Source: Gaiellales bacterium (GTDB taxonomy: Bacteria; Actinomycetota; Thermoleophilia; Gaiellales; JAICJC01). From it: DNA of 64,000 bases. The DNA is taken from positions 233,653-297,652 of the forward strand of contig JAWVEN010000004.1 in assembly GCA_033856675.1 (NCBI GenBank), written 5' to 3'. Below are positions 47,430 to 57,219 of the stretch, in pieces. Position 1 is the first letter of the stretch. Each line of letters begins with the position of its first letter. The notes under the pieces are model-generated. The model was given only the letters and a program-made list of their open reading frames with translations, did no database searches and had not been told where the DNA came from. The position numbers were made by a program, and so were the translations under genes.

Positions 47430-49187
47430 ATGCAGAACGTCGACCCTGAGGACTACGCACTCTGGCCAACCGTGCGCCGGCTGATCCCACTCTGGTGGGG
47501 CGAGCGGAGCCTGGTCCTGCTCGGGATGGCGTGTGCGCTCGGCTACACGACGCTTTCGCTTGCGATACCGATCCTCACCCAGCGGGCGATCGACAACGCT
47601 GTGGTGCCAGGCAAGCTGAGCGACCTGTGGCCGTACGTGGCCGCGATCTTCTTGCTCGCGGTGATCCGCTTCGGCATCAACTTCACCCGCCGCTACGCCA
47701 CCGCTCGAATCGGCGTCCGCCTGGAGGCGCGGATGCGGGAGCTGCTCTACGAGGGCTACCTCGGCTTCCCGCGCGCGTTCTACGACCGCCACCCGACCGG
47801 TCAGGTGGTGTCGCGCGCGACGAATGACCTGTTCCCGATTCGGTACTTCATCGGCTGGGGCGTCGTGCAGGGCGTGCAGAGCGCGATGATGATCGTCGGC
47901 GGCGCCATCGTGCTCGCCATCGTCGACGCCCAGCTTGCCCTCTACACGGCAGTCGCCATGCCGCTGATCGGCTTCCTTGCCTGGCGCTTCGCCCACCTGG
48001 TGATGCCGATCTCGCGCCAGGTGCAGGCGAAGAAGGGCGACGTCACCGAGGCCGCCGACGAGGCGGTCGTCGGCATCGAGATGGTGCAGGCCTTCGGGCG
48101 GGAGGACGACGTCCGCAACCGGTTCGGCGGCAAGGCGGAGGCGGTGCGCGACGTCGTCGTCCGTCAGGCCAACGTCGAGGCGCAGCACTTGCCGGGTCTC
48201 TTCTTTCTGCCCAGCGTGTCGATCGCCGTGGTCGTGTTCTTCGGCGGGCGCGACGTGATCAACGGCGATCTGACGATCGGTCAGTTCGTGCTCTTCAACA
48301 CCGTGCTGCTCCAGCTCGCATGGCCACTCGAGGCGCTGGGATGGATCCTCAACCTGGCGCAGCGCGCGGTGGCGTCGGCGGGCCGCACATTCGCCTGGCT
48401 GGAGGGGATCGAACGCCTTCCGGAGCCCGAGCAGCCGAAGGCCCTGCCCGATGGCGGCCTCGGTCTCAGGTTCGACGACGTGCACTTTGCCTACCCCGAT
48501 GAGGAGGAGGTGCTCCGCGGAGTCGAGCTCGAGGTGAAGCCTGGCGAGATCGTTGCAGTCTGCGGACTGACCGGTTCGGGGAAGAGCACGCTCCTGAATC
48601 TGCTGACGAGGTTCTACGACCCGACGGCCGGTGCCGTGCGCATGAGCGGCATCGATGTTCGCGACGTGCCGCTGGCCGAGCTGCGCTCGGCGGTCGCCGT
48701 GATCACGCAGCGCCCGATCCTGTTCTCGATCACGCTGCGCGAGAACCTGCTCGCCGGCAGGCCCGATGCCGAATGGGACGAGGTTCTGGCGGCGTGCGAC
48801 GCCGCGGGTGTCGAGGAGTTCGTCGACGACCTGCCAAACGGCTACGACACGCTGATCGGCGAGCGCGGGGTGAACCTGTCCGGCGGACAGCGGCAGCGCG
48901 TCGCCCTCGCGCGGGCGCTGATCACACGCGCCCGGGTGATCGTGCTCGACGACCCGCTCTCGGCGGTGGACACGCACACCGAGCGAGACCTGGTGGAGCG
49001 GCTGCGGCCCGCCCTCGCCGGGCGAACGGCTGTCGTCGCAACGCAGCGCCTGTCCACCCTCGAGCTGGCCGACCGCGCCGTGGTGATCGAGGACGGTCGC
49101 ATCGTCGAGGACGGCCGGCCCGTGGAGCTGCTGCAGCGCGGCGGCGCGTTCGCGGCCCTGTTCGGGGACGAGATCGTTGCAGCGTAA
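47430..49187 (+). CDS. ABC exporter, fused TMD-NBD subunit 1
   Basis: 6-TM domain; GLTGSGKS, LSGGQRQR, VLDD (non-canonical Walker B). Confidence 0.92.
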   Translation: MQNVDPEDYALWPTVRRLIPLWWGERSLVLLGMACALGYTTLSLAIPILTQRAIDNAVVPGKLSDLWPYVAAIFLLAVIRFGINFTRRYATARIGVRLEARMRELLYEGYLGFPRAFYDRHPTGQVVSRATNDLFPIRYFIGWGVVQGVQSAMMIVGGAIVLAIVDAQLALYTAVAMPLIGFLAWRFAHLVMPISRQVQAKKGDVTEAADEAVVGIEMVQAFGREDDVRNRFGGKAEAVRDVVVRQANVEAQHLPGLFFLPSVSIAVVVFFGGRDVINGDLTIGQFVLFNTVLLQLAWPLEALGWILNLAQRAVASAGRTFAWLEGIERLPEPEQPKALPDGGLGLRFDDVHFAYPDEEEVLRGVELEVKPGEIVAVCGLTGSGKSTLLNLLTRFYDPTAGAVRMSGIDVRDVPLAELRSAVAVITQRPILFSITLRENLLAGRPDAEWDEVLAACDAAGVEEFVDDLPNGYDTLIGERGVNLSGGQRQRVALARALITRARVIVLDDPLSAVDTHTERDLVERLRPALAGRTAVVATQRLSTLELADRAVVIEDGRIVEDGRPVELLQRGGAFAALFGDEIVAA

Positions 49188-50940
49188 GCACCGCACGGGG
49201 CTCAGCCGCCTCGCCCGCTACGTCGAGGGGCGCTGGATGCTGATCGGCCTCCTGACGCTGATCGCGACTGTCGGCGCCGCGGCGCAGGCCGGTGGCTGGC
49301 TGCTCGTCCGCGCCGCCATCGACGACGGCATCGGCAAGCGGGACGAGCACATGCTGACCGTCGTCGTCGTGCTCTACCTGGCTGTGAACGCCGTCGGCTG
49401 GCTGAGCCAGGCGGTGCTGATTCGCGGGCTCGCGGGGATCGGCCAGGGAATCGTGCTCGGACTGCGGCGAGACCTCTTCGACCATCTGACGGCACTGTCG
49501 CTGCGCTACTTCTCGGAGCAGCGCGCGGGTTGGATCATCGCCCGGCTGACCAGCGACGTCGATGCGCTGTCGGATGCGCTCTCCCAGAGCCTGCCGACGC
49601 TGGTGGCAAACGTCGTCCTGCTGCCCACGACGGTGATCGCCCTGTTCCTCGTCGACTGGCGCCTCGGCCTCGTGGCGCTCGTCATCCTGCCGCCGACCCT
49701 GGTGCTGACCCGCTGGTTCCAGCGCAACTCTGCGGTCGCGCAGCTGGACGTCCGTAACCGCATCGCCGCGGTGACGGCGCACGTAGCGGAGTCGGTGTCG
49801 GGTATGGCCGTGATCCAGGCCTTCAATCGCGAGCGCGCGTTCCAGCACCAGTTCGACGAGCTGAATGCCGAGAACCGCACGTCCAACGTGTACGCGCAGA
49901 AGCTGTTCTCGGTGTTCTTTCCGACCATCGAGCTGCTCGGCATCGTGTCGACGCTGGCCGTGCTGGTGGTTGGCACGCAGCTCCTGGCGAACGACTCGCT
50001 CACGATCGGCACGCTGATCACCGCTGTCTACCTGCTGCAGCTGGCGTTCCAGCCGCTCCAGGAGCTGTCCGACGTCTACGGGCAGCTGCAATCGGCTGCC
50101 GCGGCGATGGTCAAGATCACGGCGGTGCTCGATGCCGAGCCGGACATCACCGACCGTCCCGGCGCGAAGAAGATGGAACGGATCGACGGTGCGCTCGACG
50201 TCGGTGCCGTCACGTTCGCCTACGGCGAGACCGACGTGCTGCACGGCGTCGATTTTCACGTCCCTCCCGGCGGCTGCATCGCGCTGGTCGGGCAGTCCGG
50301 GGGCGGCAAGTCGACGCTTGCCAAGCTGATCGCACGGTTCTACGACCCTCGCACGGGATCGGTGCGGGTGGACGGCATCGATCTGCGCGAGGTGGAGCTG
50401 CGCAGCTACCGGCGCCAGCTCGGCGTCGTGCTGCAGGACCCGTTCCTGTTCTCGGGCACCATCGCCGACAACATTCGGTTCGCCCGTCCGGATGCCACCG
50501 ACGAGGAGGTGCGTGACACGGCCGCCGCCATCGGCGTCGACCGGCTCGTCTCGCGCCTGCACGGCGGACTGGAGCACGAGGTGCGCGAGGGCGGCGCCGG
50601 CCTGTCGGCAGGGGAGCGGCAGCTGATCTCCATCGCGCGCGCCCTGCTCGCAGATCCGCGGATCCTGATCCTCGACGAGGCGACGTCGAACATCGACCGT
50701 CCCACCGAGGTGCTGATCGAGCGCGCGCTCGATCGGCTGCTGCGCGGCCGCACGTCGGTCATCATCGCCCACCGGCTGGCCACCGTCCGCCGCGCTGACG
50801 AGATCCTGGTCGTGGAGCGCGGCAACATCGTCCAGCGTGGCACCGAGCGCGACCTGCTCGCGGTGGACGGGCCCTTCAGGCGCCTCGCACACAAGCTGCA
50901 CGACCCGGGAACACTGGGTCGCACCGCCGAAGCGGGCTAG
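49177..50940 (+). CDS. ABC exporter, fused TMD-NBD subunit 2
   Basis: GQSGGGKS, LSAGERQL, ILDEAT, IAHRL; heterodimer partner. Confidence 0.92.
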   Translation: MQRKHRTGLSRLARYVEGRWMLIGLLTLIATVGAAAQAGGWLLVRAAIDDGIGKRDEHMLTVVVVLYLAVNAVGWLSQAVLIRGLAGIGQGIVLGLRRDLFDHLTALSLRYFSEQRAGWIIARLTSDVDALSDALSQSLPTLVANVVLLPTTVIALFLVDWRLGLVALVILPPTLVLTRWFQRNSAVAQLDVRNRIAAVTAHVAESVSGMAVIQAFNRERAFQHQFDELNAENRTSNVYAQKLFSVFFPTIELLGIVSTLAVLVVGTQLLANDSLTIGTLITAVYLLQLAFQPLQELSDVYGQLQSAAAAMVKITAVLDAEPDITDRPGAKKMERIDGALDVGAVTFAYGETDVLHGVDFHVPPGGCIALVGQSGGGKSTLAKLIARFYDPRTGSVRVDGIDLREVELRSYRRQLGVVLQDPFLFSGTIADNIRFARPDATDEEVRDTAAAIGVDRLVSRLHGGLEHEVREGGAGLSAGERQLISIARALLADPRILILDEATSNIDRPTEVLIERALDRLLRGRTSVIIAHRLATVRRADEILVVERGNIVQRGTERDLLAVDGPFRRLAHKLHDPGTLGRTAEAG

Positions 50941-51011
50941 CCGATCACCGCTCCAGGTCGCACGACGCCGTCTGCCGATTCGATCTCCCTGCGCGCCGCT
51001 CCTCGCGCCTG

Positions 51012-51788
51012 CTAGGCACGGCTCGACGCACCGAAACATCGCCGCGTTGGGATCTGCTTCGCCGCTTCGCCCTCGAACACGCGCCGCGCCTCTTGCTCAC
51101 CCACGACCTCGACGGCCTGCGCGAACGCGTCGTCGAGGAACGGCGGGCGCGCCGCGCGGTGCCCGTCCGACGCCACGAAGCTGCATCTGCCGTCCTTGAG
51201 CAGCTCCCACCCGAGGCGCTCACACTCCGCGCCGTGGTAGCCGAGCAGGCTGGTGGCATTTACCTGCAGCAGGCAGCCGCGCTCGACCAGCCCATCCAGC
51301 TCCTGCGGCCGCCGGTGGACGATGTCGCAGCGCTCCGGGTGTGCGATGACGACGCACATGCCGGCCTGCTCGACGTGTTCGATGCAGCGCATCGTCAGAT
51401 CGAGGTCGCGATGGCGTATGTGGGGCAGTGGCAGCTCCAGCAGGCATGCCTCGAGGTCACCCAAGCGCAGCTCCGCCGGATCGTGCTCCAGGAGCTCGTC
51501 ATGGGGGCCGAGCTCCCAGCCGAGCTGCAGGTCGATGCCGGCATCGGCCGCCGGGCCTGCCATTGAGCGCCAGTGGTGCTCCACCTCTCGGCGCCGCTTC
51601 GGCGTCAGGGAGAAAACGTCTGTGAGGTGCGGGGTGCCGTAGAGCACGGACGTCCCTCTCCCGGCGGCTTCACGGGCGAGCTCGAGTCCCTCGGCCTCGC
51701 TCCGCACGCCGTCATCCCCCGATGGCACGACGTGGCTGTGGAGGTCGACGAACCGGGTTTCGGTCAGTGCGCTGCGATCAAAAACGAC
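51012..51788 (-). CDS. CpsB/CapC-type PHP tyrosine phosphatase (non-canonical start)
   Basis: FVDLHSHVVPSGDDG, TPH, IAHPER, QVNA, ASDGH; the DxHxH motif lies upstream of the first GTG (51728). Confidence 0.88.
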   Translation of the reverse strand, partial: VVFDRSALTETRFVDLHSHVVPSGDDGVRSEAEGLELAREAAGRGTSVLYGTPHLTDVFSLTPKRRREVEHHWRSMAGPAADAGIDLQLGWELGPHDELLEHDPAELRLGDLEACLLELPLPHIRHRDLDLTMRCIEHVEQAGMCVVIAHPERCDIVHRRPQELDGLVERGCLLQVNATSLLGYHGAECERLGWELLKDGRCSFVASDGHRAARPPFLDDAFAQAVEVVGEQEARRVFEGEAAKQIPTRRCFGASSRA

Positions 51789-51797
51789 GCTCTCACC

Positions 51798-52142
51798 CTA
51801 GCGGCGTTCCTCGTCGACCCGTTCGTCGACCGGGCCGTCGGGATCGATCTCGTCAGCACGCTCGCGCCTGGTGGCGGCGGCCTCCTCCTGCGCAGAAGCC
51901 AGGCGAGCCTTCTCCTCGGCTTCGGCACGCGCTCGCTCCGCAGCAGCCGTCTGTTCGTCGGCTTGAAGCCGCGCCCGCTCCGCCTCGCGCTCCCGCGTAT
52001 CGGCCTCCTCGCGGAACGAGGCTGCCTGTGTGCGCCGCTCTTCCATCCGGCGTTCGCGCATCCGGCTGCCGGCAAACCCTGCCACTGCCAGCACCACGAC
52101 GATCGCCACGATCACAAGGATGATCCAGGTAGTCGTATCCAT
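51798..52142 (-). CDS. Small membrane-anchored coiled-coil protein
   Basis: N-terminal TM then A/E/R-rich helix ending ADEIDPD. Confidence 0.7.
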   Translation of the reverse strand: MDTTTWIILVIVAIVVVLAVAGFAGSRMRERRMEERRTQAASFREEADTREREAERARLQADEQTAAAERARAEAEEKARLASAQEEAAATRRERADEIDPDGPVDERVDEERR

Positions 52143-52192
52143 ACCGGGAGTGTTCCCCGGCGACCGGTTCGGGAAACGGCCGTGCCCGGCCG

Positions 52193-53233
52193 TCAGGCGG
52201 CGATGTCGCCGATCTCCGGCGTGCCGGCGTGCTTCGCGAGGACGGCTGCGAGTGCGTCGACGACGGTGGGGTCATACCGGCTGCCGGTCTCGGCACGCAG
52301 CTCTTCGAGCGGCTCGGTCGTGCGGTCGGAATCGTGGTAGCCGCGGCCGAACACCATCGCAAGGTACGCCTCGCATGCCAGCAGGATCCGTGCTCCGAGC
52401 GGGATGTCCTCGCCATGGAGGCCATTCGGGTACCCGCTGCCGTCGAGGTGCTCGTGGCTCGCGCGGACGATCGCCCGGACGTGCTCGAACAGCGGGCTGG
52501 GGCCGAGCATGTCCGCCGAGCGCTCGGGGTGCTTGCGGACGATGTCCCACTCCTCGTCGGTCAGCGAGCCTTCCTTGGTGATGATCTCGTCGGGGACGAC
52601 CGTCATTCCAAGGTCGCGAAACCGGCTCGCCGTCGCCAGCTGGGTCTGCTCGTTGAGGGCCAGCCCAAGGTGCTTGCCCACGGCCCGCACGAGCGCGTCG
52701 AGCTCCGCTTCGCCGGGCACGCCGTGCTCGACCACGTTGCGCGGCGGAGGCTTGGCGACAACGCCCAACCGTTCGAGCCTGGACGAGACGAACGACGCCG
52801 GGATCCACTGGTCGGGCTCCTGCGCCACAAACGCGAGCCGTAGCACGAGGTCGGTGTCGACGATGAACATCGCATCGCGGCGACGGTCGCGCCGGAGCTT
52901 CCGGGTCTCGACGACGCCGAAGACTCTGGCTGCCTCTCCCGTGGGATCGGTCATCCATTCTGCCGCGCGGCACGCAGCCAGCTGGCGGCCCACCGGCGAC
53001 TCGCCCGCCGAAACGACGATCAGCCGGGCCGGCATGTCGCGCATGCGGTGGCCCAGCTCGCGCAGCATCGCCACGCGTGAGTCGTCAGCCGTTCCTCCGT
53101 CGACGAGTGCCAGCACGGCTGGACCAGCTGTCACCAGCTGGTCCAGCCGCACCTGGCCACCGACGTCTGCCGGGATCAGGCTGAACGGCTCGATCGCCGC
53201 ATCAAGCTGCGGCATCTTCTGCGTCGAGCTCAT
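52193..53233 (-). CDS. Peroxiredoxin-like domain fused to a degenerate HD-GYP domain
   Basis: TDPTGEAARVFGV..MFIVD (AhpC/TSA-like); RDLGM..KEGSLTDEEW..HP..HEHLDGSGYP..IPLGARI. Confidence 0.8.
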   Translation of the reverse strand: MSSTQKMPQLDAAIEPFSLIPADVGGQVRLDQLVTAGPAVLALVDGGTADDSRVAMLRELGHRMRDMPARLIVVSAGESPVGRQLAACRAAEWMTDPTGEAARVFGVVETRKLRRDRRRDAMFIVDTDLVLRLAFVAQEPDQWIPASFVSSRLERLGVVAKPPPRNVVEHGVPGEAELDALVRAVGKHLGLALNEQTQLATASRFRDLGMTVVPDEIITKEGSLTDEEWDIVRKHPERSADMLGPSPLFEHVRAIVRASHEHLDGSGYPNGLHGEDIPLGARILLACEAYLAMVFGRGYHDSDRTTEPLEELRAETGSRYDPTVVDALAAVLAKHAGTPEIGDIAA

Positions 53234-54293
53234 TCGCCTCCCCGAAGGGCGACTGAACGATCTGGACCTGCGGACCTGACAGGCTCGAGCGCTCCGCAGC
53301 CACGATCAGTGCGGACTTGGCCTGCTCGAAGGACGCGAGCATGTGAGCCTGTGCCTGGGCGGCGCTCGCCACCAGCTCGTCGGCCTCGCGGCGGCGCTGC
53401 TCGGCGTCGCTCAGGATCTCGGCCACGCGGGCCTGTGCCTGCGCGTCGCGGTCGGCCAGTGCCTGCTCGAAGCGCTCGCGCTCCGCGCGCAGCTCGGCCT
53501 CGACCGTCTGTCGCAGCCGGTCGCCGTCACGGCGGGCCTTCTCGAGAATGCGCTCCGCATGCTGGTTGGTCGACTCGATGTGCTGGCGGCCGGATTCTGC
53601 GGCCTCCTCGATCAGGCGGTGGCGCTCGGCGTGAACGTCGCCGAACTCGAGTGCGCTGGCCTCGCGGACATTGCGCAGCTCTCCCTCGACGAATGACTGC
53701 AGGCCGGAGATCGCGCGCTCCACGTTGTCGGCGAGCGTGCCCAGCTCACCGAACTGCCGCTCGACCACGACCACCTGCGGCAGCGCGGCCACCGGGGCGT
53801 CGCCGACGGGCTCGTCGGCCGCAACCGCCTCGACCTCGACCTCGACCTCGACCTCGACCGACTGTGCCGGCTCTGCCTCGGCGACGGGCTCGAACGCCTC
53901 AGCCTCGACGGCCTCGGTCGCTTCGGGCTGCTGCTGCTCGGCGGGGGGAGCCTCCTCGTACTGCTCGGCCTGCGGCTCTTCGTGCTGCTCGGGCTCTGTC
54001 GGCGCCTCCTCCGACTCCTGGACTGCCTGCGGCTCCGGCTGCTCCTGCGGCTCGGGCGCGGGCTGCTGCGCGGGCGACTCGATGCCGTCGGCGATCGCCG
54101 TCAGGAAGGCGTCGACCTCCTCCGGGTTGTAGCCGGTCGGCGTCAGCGAAAACGATGCGTTGCGAACCTCGCCGAGATCGACGGCGTCCGCGTTGTCGGC
54201 CAGATCGCTCAGGAAGCGGTCGACCTCCTCCGGGTTGTACCCGGTGGGTGTGAGCGAGAACGAAGCGTTGCGAATGCTCGCCAAATCGACCAT
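53202..54293 (-). CDS. Protein with two DivIVA motifs, acidic linker and long coiled coil
   Basis: RNASFSLTPTGYNPEEVD.FL repeated twice; RBS AGGAGG. Confidence 0.85.
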   Translation of the reverse strand: MVDLASIRNASFSLTPTGYNPEEVDRFLSDLADNADAVDLGEVRNASFSLTPTGYNPEEVDAFLTAIADGIESPAQQPAPEPQEQPEPQAVQESEEAPTEPEQHEEPQAEQYEEAPPAEQQQPEATEAVEAEAFEPVAEAEPAQSVEVEVEVEVEAVAADEPVGDAPVAALPQVVVVERQFGELGTLADNVERAISGLQSFVEGELRNVREASALEFGDVHAERHRLIEEAAESGRQHIESTNQHAERILEKARRDGDRLRQTVEAELRAERERFEQALADRDAQAQARVAEILSDAEQRRREADELVASAAQAQAHMLASFEQAKSALIVAAERSSLSGPQVQIVQSPFGEANELDAEDAAA

Positions 54294-54426
54294 GTTGAAA
54301 AGCCTCCTAAAGAACGGGTCGCGACGTCGTGCGATTTGCGTCGACGGGGGTCAGATGCCTTATCGGCCATTTCCCATGACCCTTTAGGGGCAGACGCCGG
54401 CGGCGTGGTCGTTTACGCTGGCACGG

Positions 54427-55584
54427 ATGCATCTGTTGGGCCGCGGAATCTCCCGCACGCTTGTCGTCGTCGCCACGGGCTGTGCGTTGTTCTCCTGGAC
54501 CGGCGCCGAGCCGCGGCCGCAGGACGCCGCCGCAGCCGACCAGCCGCGGAACCTCACCATCCAGTTCGGCCGGTCGCTGATCGCCGAGCGAGGGCCGGCC
54601 TGCCGGGTGCTTCGCACAGGAACCGCTGGAAAGGCCCTGACGATCTTCGACGTTCGAGGGCGACTGGCCAAGCGATACGGCGCCTGGAGCAGCATTCCGC
54701 TGACAGCGACGGCGAATACCTTCCTCGTCGACGGCGGCAACACCCGAGCGCCGCCGGCGCGGTTCTGCCACGGCAGCCTGCAGTACGCCAACTGGGCCGA
54801 CCTGCGCAGGCTCGCCGCGCCGCTGTCGGCTGGGAACTCCCGCGCGCTCGTCCACCTGGTGACAGCCGGCAACCGCGATCCTGCCGGTGCGTCGGGATCG
54901 GTCTACGACGGCACAGCAGCGACCGGAGACGGCATGACCGACGTGCAGATCCGGGCGGATATCGCGGCGTCTCTCATGGAGTTCCGGAGCCGGGGCTTCC
55001 TGGGGACGGCCTCGGCCGAGATGAGCTATCCCGGCAACCGCCCGCTGGATTGGCTCGACGCCGGCACCGGGCTGCCGTTCGCGGGCACGGATGCAGAGCG
55101 CCAGGACGAGATCGGCCGCCGTATGGCAGATGGCACGGCCGACTATGAGCCGGTGATCTCGTTCAACCGCGAGCATCTCAAGGCACCAGGGTTCGTCCCG
55201 GCGAGCCCGTGGACATATCTCTCGTTCGATCTCACCGGCGGGCGCTGCAGAAATGCGGCTGCCCCATGCGCCCGCGACGGCTTGACCCACCGCCGCGACT
55301 ACACACTCCCCTCCGAGGCGATCGCCCACGCCGAGGCGACGCCGTCGGGTGGCTGGTTCGTGCTCGAGCCCTACCGGCTGGTCGAGGGCGATTTCACCGA
55401 CCTTGTCCGGCGCCGCTCGTGGAGCTGCTCGTCCCCGGATCCGTCCCGCCACTTCACGCAGGTGCCCGAGGTCTACTGCTACGCAGATTTCGTGGCGATC
55501 CTCGACAAGCTGCGGCTCGATGGGTTTGCCCCCACTTGGCCGGACACGGTCGCAGTCGCGCTGGGACGCGATCGGCCGTACTGA
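54427..55584 (+). CDS. Secreted hypothetical protein, possibly a degenerate NodB/deacetylase fold
   Basis: Signal-like N-terminus, several Cys, YANWADLRRL, SYPG, GWFVL segments. Confidence 0.6.
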   Translation: MHLLGRGISRTLVVVATGCALFSWTGAEPRPQDAAAADQPRNLTIQFGRSLIAERGPACRVLRTGTAGKALTIFDVRGRLAKRYGAWSSIPLTATANTFLVDGGNTRAPPARFCHGSLQYANWADLRRLAAPLSAGNSRALVHLVTAGNRDPAGASGSVYDGTAATGDGMTDVQIRADIAASLMEFRSRGFLGTASAEMSYPGNRPLDWLDAGTGLPFAGTDAERQDEIGRRMADGTADYEPVISFNREHLKAPGFVPASPWTYLSFDLTGGRCRNAAAPCARDGLTHRRDYTLPSEAIAHAEATPSGGWFVLEPYRLVEGDFTDLVRRRSWSCSSPDPSRHFTQVPEVYCYADFVAILDKLRLDGFAPTWPDTVAVALGRDRPY

Positions 55585-55612
55585 CTGCCCCACTGTCTGT
55601 AATCTCTCGCGC

Positions 55613-56533
55613 GTGAACTCCGTTTCGGGCGATACACGTGCCGTCGGGGTGATCGGCGCCGCACTCGATCTTGGCTCCGGCCGCCGCGGGGTCGACATGG
55701 GGCCGTCGGCCATCCGCTACGCGCTGCTCGGCGAGCGGATCGAGGCGCTCGGCCTGACCGTCCATGACCACGGCAACGTGCGGACGGGCATGGTCGAAGC
55801 GCTCGACCAGGGCGATCCTTCCGCGCGCTACTGGAGCGCCATCAAGCGCACCTGTGAAGAGCTTGCCGACCACGTGGCGGCCAGTGTCCTGGAAGGCGAT
55901 CTGCCGCTCGTGCTTGGCGGTGACCACTCGATCGCCATCGGCACGCTGGGCGGGCTTGCCCGTGCGCACGGTGGACCGGGCGGGGTTGTGTGGCTGGATG
56001 CCCATGCCGACATCAACTCGCCGAACACCTCGCCCAGCGGAAACGTGCACGGCATGCCGCTCGCGGTGGCGCTGGGCCTCGCCAACGACCCGAGGTTCGA
56101 GAGCTCCGCCTGGCCCCTGCCGATGGTGGTGGCGGAGCACACGGTCCTGGTCGGCGTTCGCAGCGTCGATCTGGGCGAGCGGAAGCGCCTCCGTGAGGTG
56201 GGCGTGAAGGTGTTCACCATCGAGGACGTCGACCGGCACGGCATGCGCAACGTGATGGAGGAGGCGATCGCCATCGCATCGGGTGCGCCGTTCATGCACG
56301 TGTCGTTCGACATGGACGTGCTCGACCCAGATCAGGCGCCCGGCGTGGGCACGCCTGTGCGCGGCGGCATCACCTATCGCGAGGCGCACCTCGCGATGGA
56401 GATGCTGGCCACGAGCGGTGCCGTCTCGTCGCTGGAGGTCGTCGAGGTGAACCCTGTGCTCGACGAGCGCAACGCCACCGGCGCCCTGGCGGTCGAGCTG
56501 ATGCTCTCAGCCCTCGGCTCCCGCATCATCTGA
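55613..56533 (+). CDS. rocF: Arginase
   Basis: GVDMGP, GGDHS, DAHADIN..SPSGNVHGMP, SFDMD, EVNP; TAATCT 7 nt before GTG. Confidence 0.95.
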   Translation: MNSVSGDTRAVGVIGAALDLGSGRRGVDMGPSAIRYALLGERIEALGLTVHDHGNVRTGMVEALDQGDPSARYWSAIKRTCEELADHVAASVLEGDLPLVLGGDHSIAIGTLGGLARAHGGPGGVVWLDAHADINSPNTSPSGNVHGMPLAVALGLANDPRFESSAWPLPMVVAEHTVLVGVRSVDLGERKRLREVGVKVFTIEDVDRHGMRNVMEEAIAIASGAPFMHVSFDMDVLDPDQAPGVGTPVRGGITYREAHLAMEMLATSGAVSSLEVVEVNPVLDERNATGALAVELMLSALGSRII

Positions 56534-56540
56534 GGCGACG

Positions 56541-57191
56541 ATGATCCTCCTGCACGCGTTCCCACTGGACGGCTCGATGTGGGAAGGCCTCGCGGGTGAA
56601 CCGGTCGACCACCCGGGCACCGGGTCGCTCGCTGACTGGAGCGATCTGGTGGCTGCCCGGATCGAGCACCCTCAGGTGGTGTGCGGCATCTCGATGGGTG
56701 GCTACGCGGCGCTCGAGCTTGTCCGCCGCCATCCGCAGGCGGTGGCCGGGCTCGTACTTGCCGACACCAATGCCCTCGCAAGCCCGGCGGAACAGCTTCC
56801 GGCCCGCGAGACGGCCCTGGAGCGCGTCCGCCGGGAGGGCGTGGAGGCGAACTTCGACGCCATGGCCGCGAGCCTGTTTCGCGAGGAGCCGGACCCCGCG
56901 GTGGTCGCCCGCGCGCGCTCGATCGCCACGGCGCAGCCGGCCGCGCGCGTCGTCGGGATGCTCGAGTCGTTGCGCGACCGGCCCGACGCAGAGACGGTGC
57001 TGCCGTCGATCGCCGTGCCTGTGATCGTCGTCTTCGGCGCGCAGGACGCGATCTCGCCGCCGGGAACGATGCGTGCGCTCGCCGCACGGATCCCGGGAGC
57101 TCAGGCCATCGAGATCCCCGACGCGGGGCACCTCTCCGCGATGGAGCAGCCGGCAGCGTTCGCCGCAGCGTGCTCCGTGCTCCGCCAATGA
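56541..57191 (+). CDS. Alpha/beta hydrolase
   Basis: LHAFPLD, GISMGG nucleophile elbow, QD, AGHLS. Confidence 0.9.
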   Translation: MILLHAFPLDGSMWEGLAGEPVDHPGTGSLADWSDLVAARIEHPQVVCGISMGGYAALELVRRHPQAVAGLVLADTNALASPAEQLPARETALERVRREGVEANFDAMAASLFREEPDPAVVARARSIATAQPAARVVGMLESLRDRPDAETVLPSIAVPVIVVFGAQDAISPPGTMRALAARIPGAQAIEIPDAGHLSAMEQPAAFAAACSVLRQ

Positions 57192-57219
57192 ACCAAAGGG
57201 GTCAGACCACTGTGGTTCA
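57189..57219. repeat. REP-like hairpin with GGGGTCAGACC core between convergent genes
   Basis: TGAACCAAAGGGG-TCAGA-CCACTGTGGTTCA; same core as the IS target at 42663-42691. Confidence 0.65.

Noticed and set aside
47283-51039. Long minus-strand ORFs (637 and 705 aa)
   Set aside because: Antisense to the ABC exporter genes; expected in high-GC DNA. The same applies to most overlapping ORFs in the track.
53829-53858. (CTCGAC)n microsatellite as phase-variation switch
   Set aside because: 6-bp unit encodes VEVEVE in an acidic linker; slippage keeps the frame.
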